Notes: generated by a model from the letters alone, not told the origin. Shown: positions 8,780-18,396, numbered from the stretch's first letter. The stretch is 32,637 nucleotides of DNA from Candidatus Dormiibacterota bacterium (GCA_036505515.1 DASXTG010000142.1:1-32637), one strand, 5' to 3'. Numbers and translations: made by a program.

Positions 8780-9898
8780 CTACCGAGTTTCCGAGGCGAT
8801 GCGTTCGCGCAGCCTATCCACCTGAGCCGAGCCCTCCACCACCCCCCACTCGATCGACGTGGTCACCACCTCACCAGGCTGCAGATGCTGCAGCGTTCCC
8901 CGCCGGCGCTCAGCCGGCCGGCCCTCGACGTGGCAGTTCGCCGGCTCCAGGCCAAGCGCGTTGATCCCAGCGCCGTGGTGCTTCCACTGCACGAGATACG
9001 GCAGTGCTGATCTCCCGTATCGGAGGTAGAAGGCGAGCTCGGTGTCCGGAAGCACATGATCGTTGACAAGGGCCAGGCAGACCTCATCGCTGTCGCGTAC
9101 CGGCTCGTGATAGAAGACCTGCTCGGCCACGCCCGCCATCGGAGCGTCGAACGTGCGCAGCCCATCGAGTGGAGTGCCGGGGTCGCGCGCTTCAGACCGG
9201 CAGGGAGGAAGCACCAAGTTGGCGCTCTCGCTGACGAGTGGGAAGCCGACGTTGAAGTGATACAGCAGCATCAGCGGCGCGATTCCCGTGCCGCGATTCT
9301 CGATTTCGTCACGGATTCGAACCGATGCGGCTGTCAGGCTGGTTTCGATGGTGCGCCGCAGCTCGAGATCGTGGCCGTAAACGGACACTTCGCGCACATT
9401 GCCCGATGCTTTGAGGACATAGTCGTCTCCGACCCAGCCCGCGCCGACGGCGACGTTCGCCGCCGGTATGTTGCTGATCCGTCCGTGCTGGCCGAGCTCC
9501 TCACCGCCGTCGACGGCCGGGGAACCAACCTGGGTCAGTCCACACGTGACCATGAGCCCGCCACCGAACGAGCGCAGCCAGCCGGTGCCTCGAGGTTCGT
9601 AAAACGACGGCGCCACCCATCCCGTGGGTGAGCGCCAGGCCAGCGGGATGCCGCGGTAGTCGGCGCCGGCAAAATCCATGCCACGGTCGGGAAGGACCGC
9701 GAAGCTCAGGCCAGAGCCGGTGCGAAAGCTGAGCTGGCGCATGCCGCGGCCGGGCCCAGAAGCCAGCTCCTCCTGGGACACCGACGCGATCTGGGAGATG
9801 TCGCCGAGGCGCTCCAGAAGCTGCTCCCGCGACCAGTTCCTGCTGAATAAGTCCGGCATCGCCCTTGAGACGTCGAGGATAGCCAAGCTTGAGATCAA
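8780..9898 (-). CDS. aldose 1-epimerase / galactose-mutarotase-like family protein (DUF4432-like)
   Basis: 372 aa with a beta-rich composition. Blocks such as GGGLMVTCGLTQVGSP...GEELGQHGRISNIPA and HFNVGFP resemble mutarotase-fold proteins. Weak, pattern-based assignment; TTG start. Confidence 0.45.
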   Translation of the reverse strand: MISSLAILDVSRAMPDLFSRNWSREQLLERLGDISQIASVSQEELASGPGRGMRQLSFRTGSGLSFAVLPDRGMDFAGADYRGIPLAWRSPTGWVAPSFYEPRGTGWLRSFGGGLMVTCGLTQVGSPAVDGGEELGQHGRISNIPAANVAVGAGWVGDDYVLKASGNVREVSVYGHDLELRRTIETSLTAASVRIRDEIENRGTGIAPLMLLYHFNVGFPLVSESANLVLPPCRSEARDPGTPLDGLRTFDAPMAGVAEQVFYHEPVRDSDEVCLALVNDHVLPDTELAFYLRYGRSALPYLVQWKHHGAGINALGLEPANCHVEGRPAERRRGTLQHLQPGEVVTTSIEWGVVEGSAQVDRLRERIASETR

Positions 9899-9914
9899 GG
9901 ACGATTAGGCGGGC

Positions 9915-10832
9915 ATGAAGGCGATGGTCGCCGAGCGGCTGGGTGGACCCGAAGTCCTGCAGATGCACGACGTTCCGGACCCAAAGCCAGATGCGGGCGA
10001 GGTCCTGATCGATGTCGTTCGCGCAGGGGTCAACTTTGCCGACCTCCTGGCCCTGAGCGGCCGCTACGCGGCTGCGCCGCAGCCGCCGTTCACGCCGGGA
10101 CTGGAGGTCTCGGGTATGCAAGCCGACAACGGCCAGCCTGTGCTGGCGATCGTCAGGTCCGGGGGATTCGCTGAGCGCGTCGTCGCCGACAAGAGATTCG
10201 TCTTCGATGCCTACAACATCGATTTGATGCGGGCCGGCGGCTGGCCGCTGGTCACGGTGACCGCCCACTACGCCCTGGTCGAGATGGCCAGGCTGCGCGC
10301 GGGCGAACGGTTGCTGGTGACGGGTGCAGCCGGCGGGCTGGGAACCGCCATCATCCAGGTCGCCAAGGCGCTCGGGGCCGGTCTGGTCGTGGCTATGGCA
10401 TCGACGCCGGAGAAGCGGGAGTTCGCGTTGCGCCAGGGCGCGGACGAGGCGATCGGTTACGACGACCCAATTCCGCCAGTGGACGTGGTGGCCGACGGCG
10501 TTGGAGGCACCGTTTTCGAGCGTGCCCTGGAAGCAGTACGGCCGCTCGGTCGAATGGTGCTGCTCGGCGCGTCTTCTGGCAACATCCCGACAGTACCGTC
10601 CTTCGACGCTCTCCGGCGGCGCAACGTGGGCATCCTCGCGTTCTCGCTCGGCATGCTGCGCATCACCGACCCTGAGCGCGCAGCCACGCTGGCGAGGCCG
10701 GCTATAGAGCTTTTGCGGTCGGGGCTTGTAGCGCCGCCGATTGGTCGCACGCTTCCTCTGGAAGACGCTGCAGAGGCGCTGCGCATGCTGGGTGCCCGCG
10801 AGTCGATGGGGAAGCTGCTGCTCGCGCCATAG
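9915..10832 (+). CDS. NADPH:quinone oxidoreductase / zinc-binding alcohol dehydrogenase family (MDR superfamily)
   Basis: 305 aa. GroES-like N-terminal domain. Rossmann motif VTGAAGGLGTAIIQVAKALGA. C-terminal GKLLL motif typical of Qor-type MDR enzymes. Confidence 0.8.
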   Translation: MKAMVAERLGGPEVLQMHDVPDPKPDAGEVLIDVVRAGVNFADLLALSGRYAAAPQPPFTPGLEVSGMQADNGQPVLAIVRSGGFAERVVADKRFVFDAYNIDLMRAGGWPLVTVTAHYALVEMARLRAGERLLVTGAAGGLGTAIIQVAKALGAGLVVAMASTPEKREFALRQGADEAIGYDDPIPPVDVVADGVGGTVFERALEAVRPLGRMVLLGASSGNIPTVPSFDALRRRNVGILAFSLGMLRITDPERAATLARPAIELLRSGLVAPPIGRTLPLEDAAEALRMLGARESMGKLLLAP

Positions 10833-10856
10833 GCTCGTTGACGGCGAGGTAGTTTT

Positions 10857-10889
10857 GGGCCGGAGGGCGTGCCGCCGCTCCTCCGGCCC
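10857..10889. terminator. GC-rich hairpin between convergent qor-like and flotillin genes (bidirectional terminator candidate)
   Basis: GGGCCGGAGG (10857-10866) pairs perfectly with CCTCCGGCCC (10880-10889), with a 13-nt loop. No U-tract follows, as is usual for high-GC actinobacterial terminators. Confidence 0.35.
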
Positions 10890-10916
10890 TGACTGGCGCC
10901 GAAATCAGTTGGCCCG

Positions 10917-12878
10917 TCAGCTCTTGGCTTTGGCCTCGCCGCTGCCGTTGAGGGACCGCATGAACGCAGCGGCCAGCCCCTCTATGGCGCCGCCGCCGGT
11001 GACGAGCACCTCCGGCATGACGTCTATGTTGCCCTCCGAGACCGCATTGGCGATGGCGACCGCCGCCGTCGGCCCGGAGCCGAGCGCCTGCACCTGCGCC
11101 TCGTATCCCCTCGCCCGAGCCAGGCCGAGCGCTTCGACCGCCGCGGCGTCGCCCAGGCCGATGTTGCGCCGACGCGAACCCTCGGCCGCACCTGTGAGCT
11201 CAACGAACGCTGCCTCGCCACCGGCCTCTGCCTTGCGGGCGTCGGCTCGAGCGCGGTTGATGTCGACGGACACCTGCGCCTTGGCAAGCTCGGCCTGCAT
11301 ATCGGCTGTGCCGCGCTGCTTCTCGAGGTCGATACGGACGGTCTGAGCGTCCTTCTGCTGCTCGTAGGTCGCCTTCTCCTGGTTGGCGATCTCGCGTCGC
11401 GTGAGCACGCTGACGAGCTCCTCGGGGAACTCCACGTCCTGGATGTACACGCCTCGCGTCTCCACTTCATAGGCGCCCAGGTAGCGTGAGATCGCGTCGA
11501 AAGCCGCGGCCTGAACCGCATCGCGCGTCTCGATGAAGCGCACCGCCTCCAAACCCTGGAGCGTGTTGCGGAAGTGGTTGCCGACCGCCGCCTGCAGCAC
11601 CTCGTTGACCAGGTTCTGCATCGAGCCGACCATTGATATGACCTTTGGGGCCTTGGTGTCAGGCACGTGGATCTGGACCTGCAGGTCGATCTTGAAGATG
11701 AACCCCTCGCGGCTCTTGCCCTCGATGGGACTCAGCTGTGCGTCAAGGTTGTGCGCGACCGAGCTCGCCTCCGCCCAGTTGAGGGTGAGGATGAATGTGG
11801 GCACCCTCTCCGCGGCGTAGATGCGCGGGTTGAGCGGGTATTTGCCGGTGCGCAGCGCCTCGCGCCAGATGCCGCGATGGCCGGGCTGAACGATAGAACC
11901 GAACTTGAATTCGGGCCCGGACGTGTCCAGCGTGGGCAGACCCACGTAGCTCTTGATGACGGCGACCTCGCCCTGATTTACGACCAGCATCGACGCCAGC
12001 TCGACCCGCACGAGGAACGGGTTCAACAGGTAGGCGCCGTAGAGCAGCGGGTCGTGTTGCAAGCCGATCCGGCCGCCGCTGTCCATGAAGGCCTGGAAGT
12101 CCTGGTAGTTGTTGTGAAGCTGGTTCTTGGCTCCCAACAGAGCCTCGATCAGCTCCGAATCGGTGATGTGCTGCTGCGCCTCCAGCACCTCGATGTCGCT
12201 GAAGCCGCCGATACGGCCGGCGATGTCGGCCGGCGGGAGCGGATCGCCTTCGAGCGTGGTGACGATGCCAACCACGTCCTGGTCGCCATCCGGCGCGATG
12301 ACAGTGACCTGGAGCTGCTCAGGCTTGAGGCCGAACGAAGCCGGTGCCAGCGGTCCGCGCAACAGGACGTGCGGATCGATGGGCAGGCCGTAGGCCTTGG
12401 TGGCCGTGATGACCAGGAACGCAACCGGGTGAATGGGGGCGAGCGTGCCGGGCGGCAGCACCGGGCGCTGCACGCCCTTCTGGCCGTGACCGCGCACGAA
12501 GCCGTGGAGATCGGTGAAGTTGCCGAACTCTTGCCGGTAGGCGGCGGACTTGGCGCCAGTCGGAAGCGGATCGCCGATCTGTGAGATGACCACGCCTATC
12601 TCGCCGGCCGGGACCTGGACCCAGGGGTACTTCACGACCGAATAGACCGGCCAGAGCTTGAAGCGGAGCCCGGGCATCAGGAGCTCGGACTGGTAGCCTG
12701 CTTCGCCGTCGAATGCGATCGGAGTGTCGGTGGTGTTGTGCTTGGACGACACTCGCTTGATCACGAGCCCGACCTGGGCGGGCCCGATCGCCACGATCGA
12801 CCTGGCGATCACGATGAACGCCGCAAAGACGACGAGTGCGGCGAGAAGGGACAGCAGCAACGTAAGCAGATCGCCCAT
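10917..12878 (-). CDS. flotillin-like SPFH/Band-7 family protein
   Basis: 653 aa. N-terminal TM/hairpin (LLTLLLSLLAALVVFAAFIVIA). An SPFH-like domain follows. A long Ala/Glu/Arg-rich predicted coiled coil (ELAKAQVSVDINRARADARKAEAGGEAA...) follows, then a C-terminal VTGGG region resembling the FloT/YqiK terminus. Confidence 0.65.
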   Translation of the reverse strand: MGDLLTLLLSLLAALVVFAAFIVIARSIVAIGPAQVGLVIKRVSSKHNTTDTPIAFDGEAGYQSELLMPGLRFKLWPVYSVVKYPWVQVPAGEIGVVISQIGDPLPTGAKSAAYRQEFGNFTDLHGFVRGHGQKGVQRPVLPPGTLAPIHPVAFLVITATKAYGLPIDPHVLLRGPLAPASFGLKPEQLQVTVIAPDGDQDVVGIVTTLEGDPLPPADIAGRIGGFSDIEVLEAQQHITDSELIEALLGAKNQLHNNYQDFQAFMDSGGRIGLQHDPLLYGAYLLNPFLVRVELASMLVVNQGEVAVIKSYVGLPTLDTSGPEFKFGSIVQPGHRGIWREALRTGKYPLNPRIYAAERVPTFILTLNWAEASSVAHNLDAQLSPIEGKSREGFIFKIDLQVQIHVPDTKAPKVISMVGSMQNLVNEVLQAAVGNHFRNTLQGLEAVRFIETRDAVQAAAFDAISRYLGAYEVETRGVYIQDVEFPEELVSVLTRREIANQEKATYEQQKDAQTVRIDLEKQRGTADMQAELAKAQVSVDINRARADARKAEAGGEAAFVELTGAAEGSRRRNIGLGDAAAVEALGLARARGYEAQVQALGSGPTAAVAIANAVSEGNIDVMPEVLVTGGGAIEGLAAAFMRSLNGSGEAKAKS

Positions 12879-13070
12879 GTTCCTGCCTCGAGGGCTCGAA
12901 CCTTGCCCTTGAACTTACGGGGTTCGCCCTATTCGAGCGATTGCTTATTTCTTACCCATTTTCGGCCCAAACCATGTCTGAAAACGCCTGTTGCTCGGAA
13001 CAGAGGGACGCATTCCGGTGGTTCTAATTCGCCTACGCATCCGGTTTCGTATGCCTGTTTTGGGAGAGCT

Positions 13071-14009
13071 TTGAAGCGCGCTGATCTCGTCAAGGTGGCT
13101 GTGGCGTTGCCCGTGGTGTGGGTGACCATCGGCTCGGCGTTCGTCGCCCTGAAGATGGGCGTCGCCAACGTCCCACCCTTCCTCTTCTCAGGGTCTCGCT
13201 TCCTGATCGTCGGCGCGCTCCTGCTCGCGTGGTGCGCATGGCGCGTGCAGGGCCGCCTGGCTTTGCGGCGTGTCGACCTGTTGATCGCGGCGGCAACCGG
13301 CGCCGGCATGATCATGGCCGGTCAGGGCGGCGCATCCTGGGCATCGCAGTACCTCGACCCTGGAATCGTGGCCGTGCTCAGCTCCACGATGCCGATCTGG
13401 GCGGTTGTGCTTTCGGTCGCGCTTGTGCACGCGCGTCCGGCACCACTCGCGATGATCGGGCTCGTTGCGGGCTTTGGCGGGGTGGCGCTGCTCGCCTGGC
13501 CCACGGGCGGTTCGGGAATCGCATTCCTACCTGCCCTGGTGACAGCTATCGGGGCCGTCGGCTGGGGTGCCGGCTCTCTGCTGGTCAGCCGATCGGAGCT
13601 GACACGACGGCCTGTTCTGATGACCGCCCTCCAAATGCTCGTCGGAGGGGGCCTCCAGTTTGCCCTCGGCCTGGTTGGAGGCGAAGCCGGTGCCTTGAGC
13701 GCGCCACACCTAGCGGCGGCCCTGCCCGTGTTCGCCTACCTCATCGTCGTCCCGGGCCTGGTCGGCTTTCCGCTGCTGACGTGGCTGTTCTCCAAGGTCG
13801 AGCTGCAGATCGTGAACACGACCGCCTACGTAGTCCCGGTAGTTGCTCTGCTGCTCGGCTGGTTGATCCTGGGCGACGCCATCACGCTGCGCACGCTTGT
13901 ATGCGTGGTGGTCACCCTGGTCGGGGTCAGCTTGATCGTGTTCAGCTCTCGCCGCCGGACCACGCAGCCGCGAACTCAGGCGGCTGAGCTGGCGGAAGAA
14001 GCCGCCTGA
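13071..14009 (+). CDS. DMT-superfamily EamA-like transporter
   Basis: 10 predicted TMs in two EamA-like halves. Start is set at TTG 13071, preceded by GGGAGAG (13062-13068). The longer 12738 ORF extends into AT-richer intergenic DNA and is rejected. Confidence 0.75.
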   Translation: MKRADLVKVAVALPVVWVTIGSAFVALKMGVANVPPFLFSGSRFLIVGALLLAWCAWRVQGRLALRRVDLLIAAATGAGMIMAGQGGASWASQYLDPGIVAVLSSTMPIWAVVLSVALVHARPAPLAMIGLVAGFGGVALLAWPTGGSGIAFLPALVTAIGAVGWGAGSLLVSRSELTRRPVLMTALQMLVGGGLQFALGLVGGEAGALSAPHLAAALPVFAYLIVVPGLVGFPLLTWLFSKVELQIVNTTAYVVPVVALLLGWLILGDAITLRTLVCVVVTLVGVSLIVFSSRRRTTQPRTQAAELAEEAA

Positions 14010-14016
14010 GCTTCGG

Positions 14017-15318
14017 TCAGTCGCGCCAGAGCTGCTGGGCGCGCACGCCCAGGCCGTGCACGACGGCGGTGAAGGCGTCGCGCGCCACCAGGCGCTCGGC
14101 GCCGAACATCTCGGCGAGATCGCGACGAAAAGCCGGAATGTAGGCGGAGCCGCCGGTCGTGAGGACCCGATCGACGTCACCCGGCTCCACACCTGCTCCA
14201 TGCAGCCCTCGCTCGATCGCGTCGCGGACAAGATCGAGCTCCGGGCGAATCATCGATTCGAATGCTGAGCGGCGCACGGTGACCTGGAGCTTGAGCGGAA
14301 CGTACTCGAGCTCGGTCGCGTCCGAGACCGAAAGCGCAATCTTGGCCGCCTCTATCGACTTGTAGAAGTTGTACGCGTGGCCCTCGTAGAGAAGGGAGCT
14401 CACCAGCTGAGCCGCTTGACCGCCGATGCGAGCAAGGATCGCCGGAATGCCCGGGTCGGCCATCAGCAGCCGGACAGAGCTCGCGGTGCGCAGCTCGTTG
14501 AAAAGCCAGCTGGGCAGAACATCCAGCCCCAGGCCCGGGCCGACGACGGTTTCGAATATCACGCCATCCAGGAGCTCGCCTCCGACGGCGACACCGGACA
14601 TGGCGGCGATACGCGACGCGCCGTCGCGCGAGTCCATGACAGCGACGTCGAATGTCCCGCCGCCAAAGTCCACGGCCACTTCGACGCCGTGGTGCTCGGG
14701 CTCACCTATGACTGCCGCGGTGGGCTCCGGAAGGAATGCGATCTCGTCGAAGCCCGACTCCAACGCTGCCTGCTCCAGGCGCCGCAGAGCTTCCGACTGC
14801 GACTTCGCGAGATGCTGAACGTCCGCCCCCGCGAAGTTGACCGGGTGCCCGAGCACGACCCGGGTCGAGGCCCTGTCGACTGCGGCGTCAGCTTCGTCCT
14901 TCAGGCGCTTGAGCACCACTCCGACCAGCGATCCCACGCTGAAGTCGGTCGCCCACGAATTGGTGCCGGCGAATCCAAGCTTTGCCAGCTCGTACTTGAC
15001 ACCGGACAAGAGCCGAGCGTCGTTGCAGCCGCCACCCTTTCGATACTGGCGGCAGTCGGTGTCCCACCCGTACGGCGCCAGCGGGCATTTCCAGCAGTCG
15101 GTTTTCTCGTGTCCTGACTGGAGGAACGTCCTGACGGCCTCCTCGCCGGCTCTTCGCCGGCCCTGCCGGTGCAGGTACACGAAGGACGGCAGCGTCGTGG
15201 AGATGCGCGACCGTCCGATCGGGACCACTTCCACGCGATCGGGATACGCAATGGAGACCGCGCTGTTGCTCGTCCCGAAGTCGATGCCGTAGCCGAGCGG
15301 AACGGTCCGTGATGTCAC
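14017..15318 (-). CDS. Hsp70-family nucleotide-binding-domain protein (YegD-like, no substrate-binding domain) with Cys4 insertion
   Basis: Phosphate-1 motif IDFGTSNSAVS, phosphate-2 motif VDFGGGTFDVAV and adenosine motif LTTGGSAYIPAFRR of actin/Hsp70 ATPases. Its 433 aa cover the NBD only. Insert CWKCPLAPYGWDTDCRQYRKGGGC carries 4 Cys. Confidence 0.75.
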   Translation of the reverse strand: MTSRTVPLGYGIDFGTSNSAVSIAYPDRVEVVPIGRSRISTTLPSFVYLHRQGRRRAGEEAVRTFLQSGHEKTDCWKCPLAPYGWDTDCRQYRKGGGCNDARLLSGVKYELAKLGFAGTNSWATDFSVGSLVGVVLKRLKDEADAAVDRASTRVVLGHPVNFAGADVQHLAKSQSEALRRLEQAALESGFDEIAFLPEPTAAVIGEPEHHGVEVAVDFGGGTFDVAVMDSRDGASRIAAMSGVAVGGELLDGVIFETVVGPGLGLDVLPSWLFNELRTASSVRLLMADPGIPAILARIGGQAAQLVSSLLYEGHAYNFYKSIEAAKIALSVSDATELEYVPLKLQVTVRRSAFESMIRPELDLVRDAIERGLHGAGVEPGDVDRVLTTGGSAYIPAFRRDLAEMFGAERLVARDAFTAVVHGLGVRAQQLWRD

Positions 15319-15323
15319 CAGCG

Positions 15324-16010
15324 TTAGCTCTTTGGGGATGGGAACCGAGGCGCCAGGCTCGGGTCATCACGGCCGAACGACCTGCGGCCCCAGATGCCCA
15401 TCAGGACGATGGCGAGGATGAATGCGCCCGCAGCTGTCAGGACCACCCCCAAGGGTGGCGTCGCAAGAGCCACCGCGGCCAGGGCCCCGATGGCGCCGGC
15501 GACAGCCGCGACGATCACCGACAGCATGCCCGGCAGGGTCTGAAGAACGTGGAGAGTCGAGCCCAGCCCGGCACTGGCTCTGATATCGACGCCAAGCGTT
15601 CGGAGTGCGCCGGGCATGTCGTCGTATGGGCTCGAAACGAAGTTGGGCTCCAGCTCGGGATGCAGCTCGAGGTACGCGTGTCGGAGCCGGTTCATTCCGA
15701 TCACCAAGCGGTAGTCGTCGCGGTTGAGGCTCATCAGCCGGCCGATGGTGGCAATCCCGGCGAAGAGCACGACGAAGAGGGTGAGGATGGCGATAGAGAT
15801 GAAGGTCGGGCCGAAGTGGTCAGCCTGCGCGACGAGTGCGAGGGCGATCACGGCGCCGGACAGGATGGCCAGGAACATGCTCACGCGGCCCAGGGACTCG
15901 GTGTAGGTCAGCGAACGAGTCGCGAGCAGGCTCCAGTGTTCAGTCGCGAGTATCTGCAGCTTGGTGGCCGCCCCAGGCTCGCCGCGAGCAGGCGGAATAT
16001 CGATCGACAT
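15324..16010 (-). CDS. hypothetical integral membrane protein (4 predicted TMs)
   Basis: 228 aa with high GC3 and four hydrophobic helices. It ends 6 nt before the Hsp70-like gene starts, which suggests an operon. No recognisable family. Confidence 0.5.
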   Translation of the reverse strand: MSIDIPPARGEPGAATKLQILATEHWSLLATRSLTYTESLGRVSMFLAILSGAVIALALVAQADHFGPTFISIAILTLFVVLFAGIATIGRLMSLNRDDYRLVIGMNRLRHAYLELHPELEPNFVSSPYDDMPGALRTLGVDIRASAGLGSTLHVLQTLPGMLSVIVAAVAGAIGALAAVALATPPLGVVLTAAGAFILAIVLMGIWGRRSFGRDDPSLAPRFPSPKS

Positions 16011-16037
16011 CGCTCACCTCCCATGACAAACGAGCCC

Positions 16038-16544
16038 TCATTGCCCCTCGATCAAGCATGTCGTGGTGCCATGCGCCAGTATCTTGCCGGTCCGCTCCGC
16101 GATGAGCCGGCCGTCAGCGGTGGCGACCCTGCGGCCGCGGTGGATGACGGTGGCTTCGCAGCGGACGGGCCCCGTATCGGCGGTCACCGGGCGGACAAAA
16201 TTCACCTTCGTCTCGAGGGTGGTGTAGCGCTCGCCATGGGCCAGGGTGGTGTGGACTGCGCAGCCCAGGGCGGAATCGAGCAACGTCATCGCGAACCCGC
16301 CGTGCACGACACCGAGCGGGTTGTACAGAAACTCGCCGGCCTCCCCGACGAAGACGGCCCTACCTTCCTCAGCCTCGCTGCCGGTGAATCCCATGGTCAC
16401 TGTGATCGGCGGCGGCGGCACCCGGCCATCGAACATGGCGCGGATGAACTCGAGGCCGCTCATCTCCGCAGCCATTGCGAGCCCGCGCGCGGGGTCCTCC
16501 CAGCTCACGGTTCGAGTTCGAGTGCTGGCCCTTGTTTCCGTCAT
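16038..16544 (-). CDS. PaaI-family (hotdog-fold) thioesterase
   Basis: 168 aa. Block LYNPLGVVHGGFAMTLLDSALGCAV...ATVIHRGRRVA is typical of the PaaI/YbgC 'uncharacterized domain 1' thioesterases. Confidence 0.8.
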   Translation of the reverse strand: MTETRASTRTRTVSWEDPARGLAMAAEMSGLEFIRAMFDGRVPPPPITVTMGFTGSEAEEGRAVFVGEAGEFLYNPLGVVHGGFAMTLLDSALGCAVHTTLAHGERYTTLETKVNFVRPVTADTGPVRCEATVIHRGRRVATADGRLIAERTGKILAHGTTTCLIEGQ

Positions 16545-16590
16545 GCCTTTCTACCGTTCGCGTGCAGAAGGAGAATTATCGACTGCAGCC

Positions 16591-17040
16591 GTGCCGCAAC
16601 GCCTGACTATTCGCCCCGCAACCGAAGCGGACCAGCAGACGATCCGGCGCCTCATCAGGGAGGCAAACCTCAACCCCATGAGCCTGAACTGGCCGCATTT
16701 CGTGGTCGCCGAGGATGACGGTGCGATCGTCGGGGTGGGCCAGGTCAAGCCTCACGGCGACGGCAGCCGCGAGCTGGCATCGATCGCGGTCGTACCCGCG
16801 CGCCGGGGCCAGGGCATCGGGCGTGCAGTGATTGAGGCGCTTCTCGCGCGTGAGCGCGGCGGCGTCCTTTTTCTGACCTGCCGGCGTGAGCTCGAGGGTT
16901 ACTACGATAGCTTCGGGTTCCGGCGCCTCGAACGGGCTGAGTATCCGCCCTACTTTCGGCGCCTCATGCCGCTGGTCAACCTCGTAGCTCGGACTTTCGG
17001 GGAGAGGATCCTGGTGATGCGGCGGGAGGCTGCGCTCTAG
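16591..17040 (+). CDS. GNAT family N-acetyltransferase
   Basis: Acetyl-CoA-binding motif AVVPARRGQGIGRAVIEALL. GTG start at 16591 with AAGGAGAA upstream, though the spacer is long. Longer ORF from 16246 is rejected. Confidence 0.7.
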   Translation: MPQRLTIRPATEADQQTIRRLIREANLNPMSLNWPHFVVAEDDGAIVGVGQVKPHGDGSRELASIAVVPARRGQGIGRAVIEALLARERGGVLFLTCRRELEGYYDSFGFRRLERAEYPPYFRRLMPLVNLVARTFGERILVMRREAAL

Positions 17041-17049
17041 AGAGCCGGC

Positions 17050-18054
17050 TCAGGCGGGCTTGAGTTCGTATCGCAATCCGAGGCGAGGAAATACCTCTTC
17101 GGCGAAGCGGCTGATCACGCCGCCTTCGAATGCGTTCGGAACGTTGACGATAACGTATTCAATCCCGGCCTCGACGTACTCGCCAATGATCTCCGCAATG
17201 CGCTCGGCATCGCCGAACCACGGGTACCAGCCGCGGACGAAATCCTCGTCTTTGCCCGTCCGGCGCGCAGTCTCTGTGACGACGCGGTCGACCTCACGCC
17301 GATCGCCAAGGACGGTGTAGAACTCGATCGTTTTCAGCACCGAGTCGTAGTCGCGCCCGACTGCATCGCAGTGCGCGCGCAGCACGTCCAGCTTGTGACG
17401 CACGGTCGCCACGTCAGCGTTGAAGTTGCAGGCGTCGCCGTATTGAGCAACCAGCTTCAGGGTCACTTTCTCGCCGGCGCCACCGATCCAGATCGGTGGA
17501 TGCGGCTTCTGCACCGGCTTGGGTTCATTGATGGCACCGCGAAGGTGGTAGTAGCGGCCATCGAACTCGGCCTGCTCTTGTGTCCACATCGCCTTGAAGA
17601 CCTGCAACGCCTCTCGCAGCATGCGCAGGCGTTCGGGCGTCTCCGGGTATTCGTAGCCGTAGGCCTCCCACTCATGCTGATACCAGCCGGCGCCGATGCC
17701 GAAGATCAATCGCCCATGGCTCATGACATCGACGCAGCTCGCCATCTTGGCGAGGAGTGACGGCGGCCGGTAGCCATTGCATGTGACCATCTGACCGAGC
17801 CGAATCGTGCTCGTGTCGCGAGCCAGGGCCGCCATCGACGTCCAGCACTCGAAAGTGGTCTCCAACCGAGGCGCGGGCACCGTGTGAAAGTGGTCGAAGA
17901 CCCAGATCGCGTCGAACCCGGCCTTCTCGGCCTCCACGGCGCAGCGGCTCATGGTCTCGAACTTTTCGGTCGGATCGGGCACATCGGCCAGGTCCATCCG
18001 CCAGCCCTGAGGTACGAAGACTCCGAGCTTCAGGTCTGCCAAGCTGTCCCCCAC
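17050..18054 (-). CDS. LLM-class F420-dependent oxidoreductase (luciferase-like monooxygenase family)
   Basis: 334 aa. TIM-barrel LLM signature (FDAIWVFDHFH ... RLIFGIGAGW ... PIWIGG) typical of F420-dependent LLM enzymes of Actinobacteria. Confidence 0.85.
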   Translation of the reverse strand: MGDSLADLKLGVFVPQGWRMDLADVPDPTEKFETMSRCAVEAEKAGFDAIWVFDHFHTVPAPRLETTFECWTSMAALARDTSTIRLGQMVTCNGYRPPSLLAKMASCVDVMSHGRLIFGIGAGWYQHEWEAYGYEYPETPERLRMLREALQVFKAMWTQEQAEFDGRYYHLRGAINEPKPVQKPHPPIWIGGAGEKVTLKLVAQYGDACNFNADVATVRHKLDVLRAHCDAVGRDYDSVLKTIEFYTVLGDRREVDRVVTETARRTGKDEDFVRGWYPWFGDAERIAEIIGEYVEAGIEYVIVNVPNAFEGGVISRFAEEVFPRLGLRYELKPA

Positions 18055-18124
18055 CTTAGCCGAACCGATGCAGAACGTTACGGCGGCCCGCCGGCCAAGA
18101 CGCCATCAGCGCCTGTAGAGTTGA

Positions 18125-18316
18125 TTGGACACTCAAATGCCCTTTGGACTTCACCCACTCTGGGCCGTGGCGCTGATCGTCATCGTGTTGATCCTGTTCG
18201 GCGTTGGCAGACTGCCCAGCGTCGGCGGGGCGCTCGGCCGCGGCATCACCGAGCTCCGGAGATCGCTTCGGGGCGAAGACTCGGATCAGCCCCCGGCGGA
18301 CTCGACCAAAGACTGA
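18125..18316 (+). CDS. tatA: twin-arginine translocase subunit TatA/E
   Basis: 63 aa. N-terminal TM, then LILFGVGRLPSVGGALGRGITELRRSL, matching the TatA hinge and amphipathic helix (FG..kLP..g..G). Confidence 0.85.
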   Translation: MDTQMPFGLHPLWAVALIVIVLILFGVGRLPSVGGALGRGITELRRSLRGEDSDQPPADSTKD

Positions 18317-18396
18317 GTTTCTACAGCGCGTCGCGGGCTCGCCAGCTTGGCGACGAGAACGCGCAAAGGATTGCGATCTCGGATCGCGGCGGTGGG

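Noticed and set aside
12738-13070. N-terminal 111 codons of the 423-aa EamA ORF
   Set aside because: They cover AT-richer intergenic DNA with no hydrophobic or domain signal. An SD (GGGAGAG) + TTG at 13071 gives the canonical EamA N-terminus.
18317-18396. Imperfect inverted repeat CTCGCCA...TGGCGAC downstream of tatA
   Set aside because: Only a 6-bp imperfect stem and no U-tract. Could be a weak terminator between convergent genes, but the evidence is insufficient.
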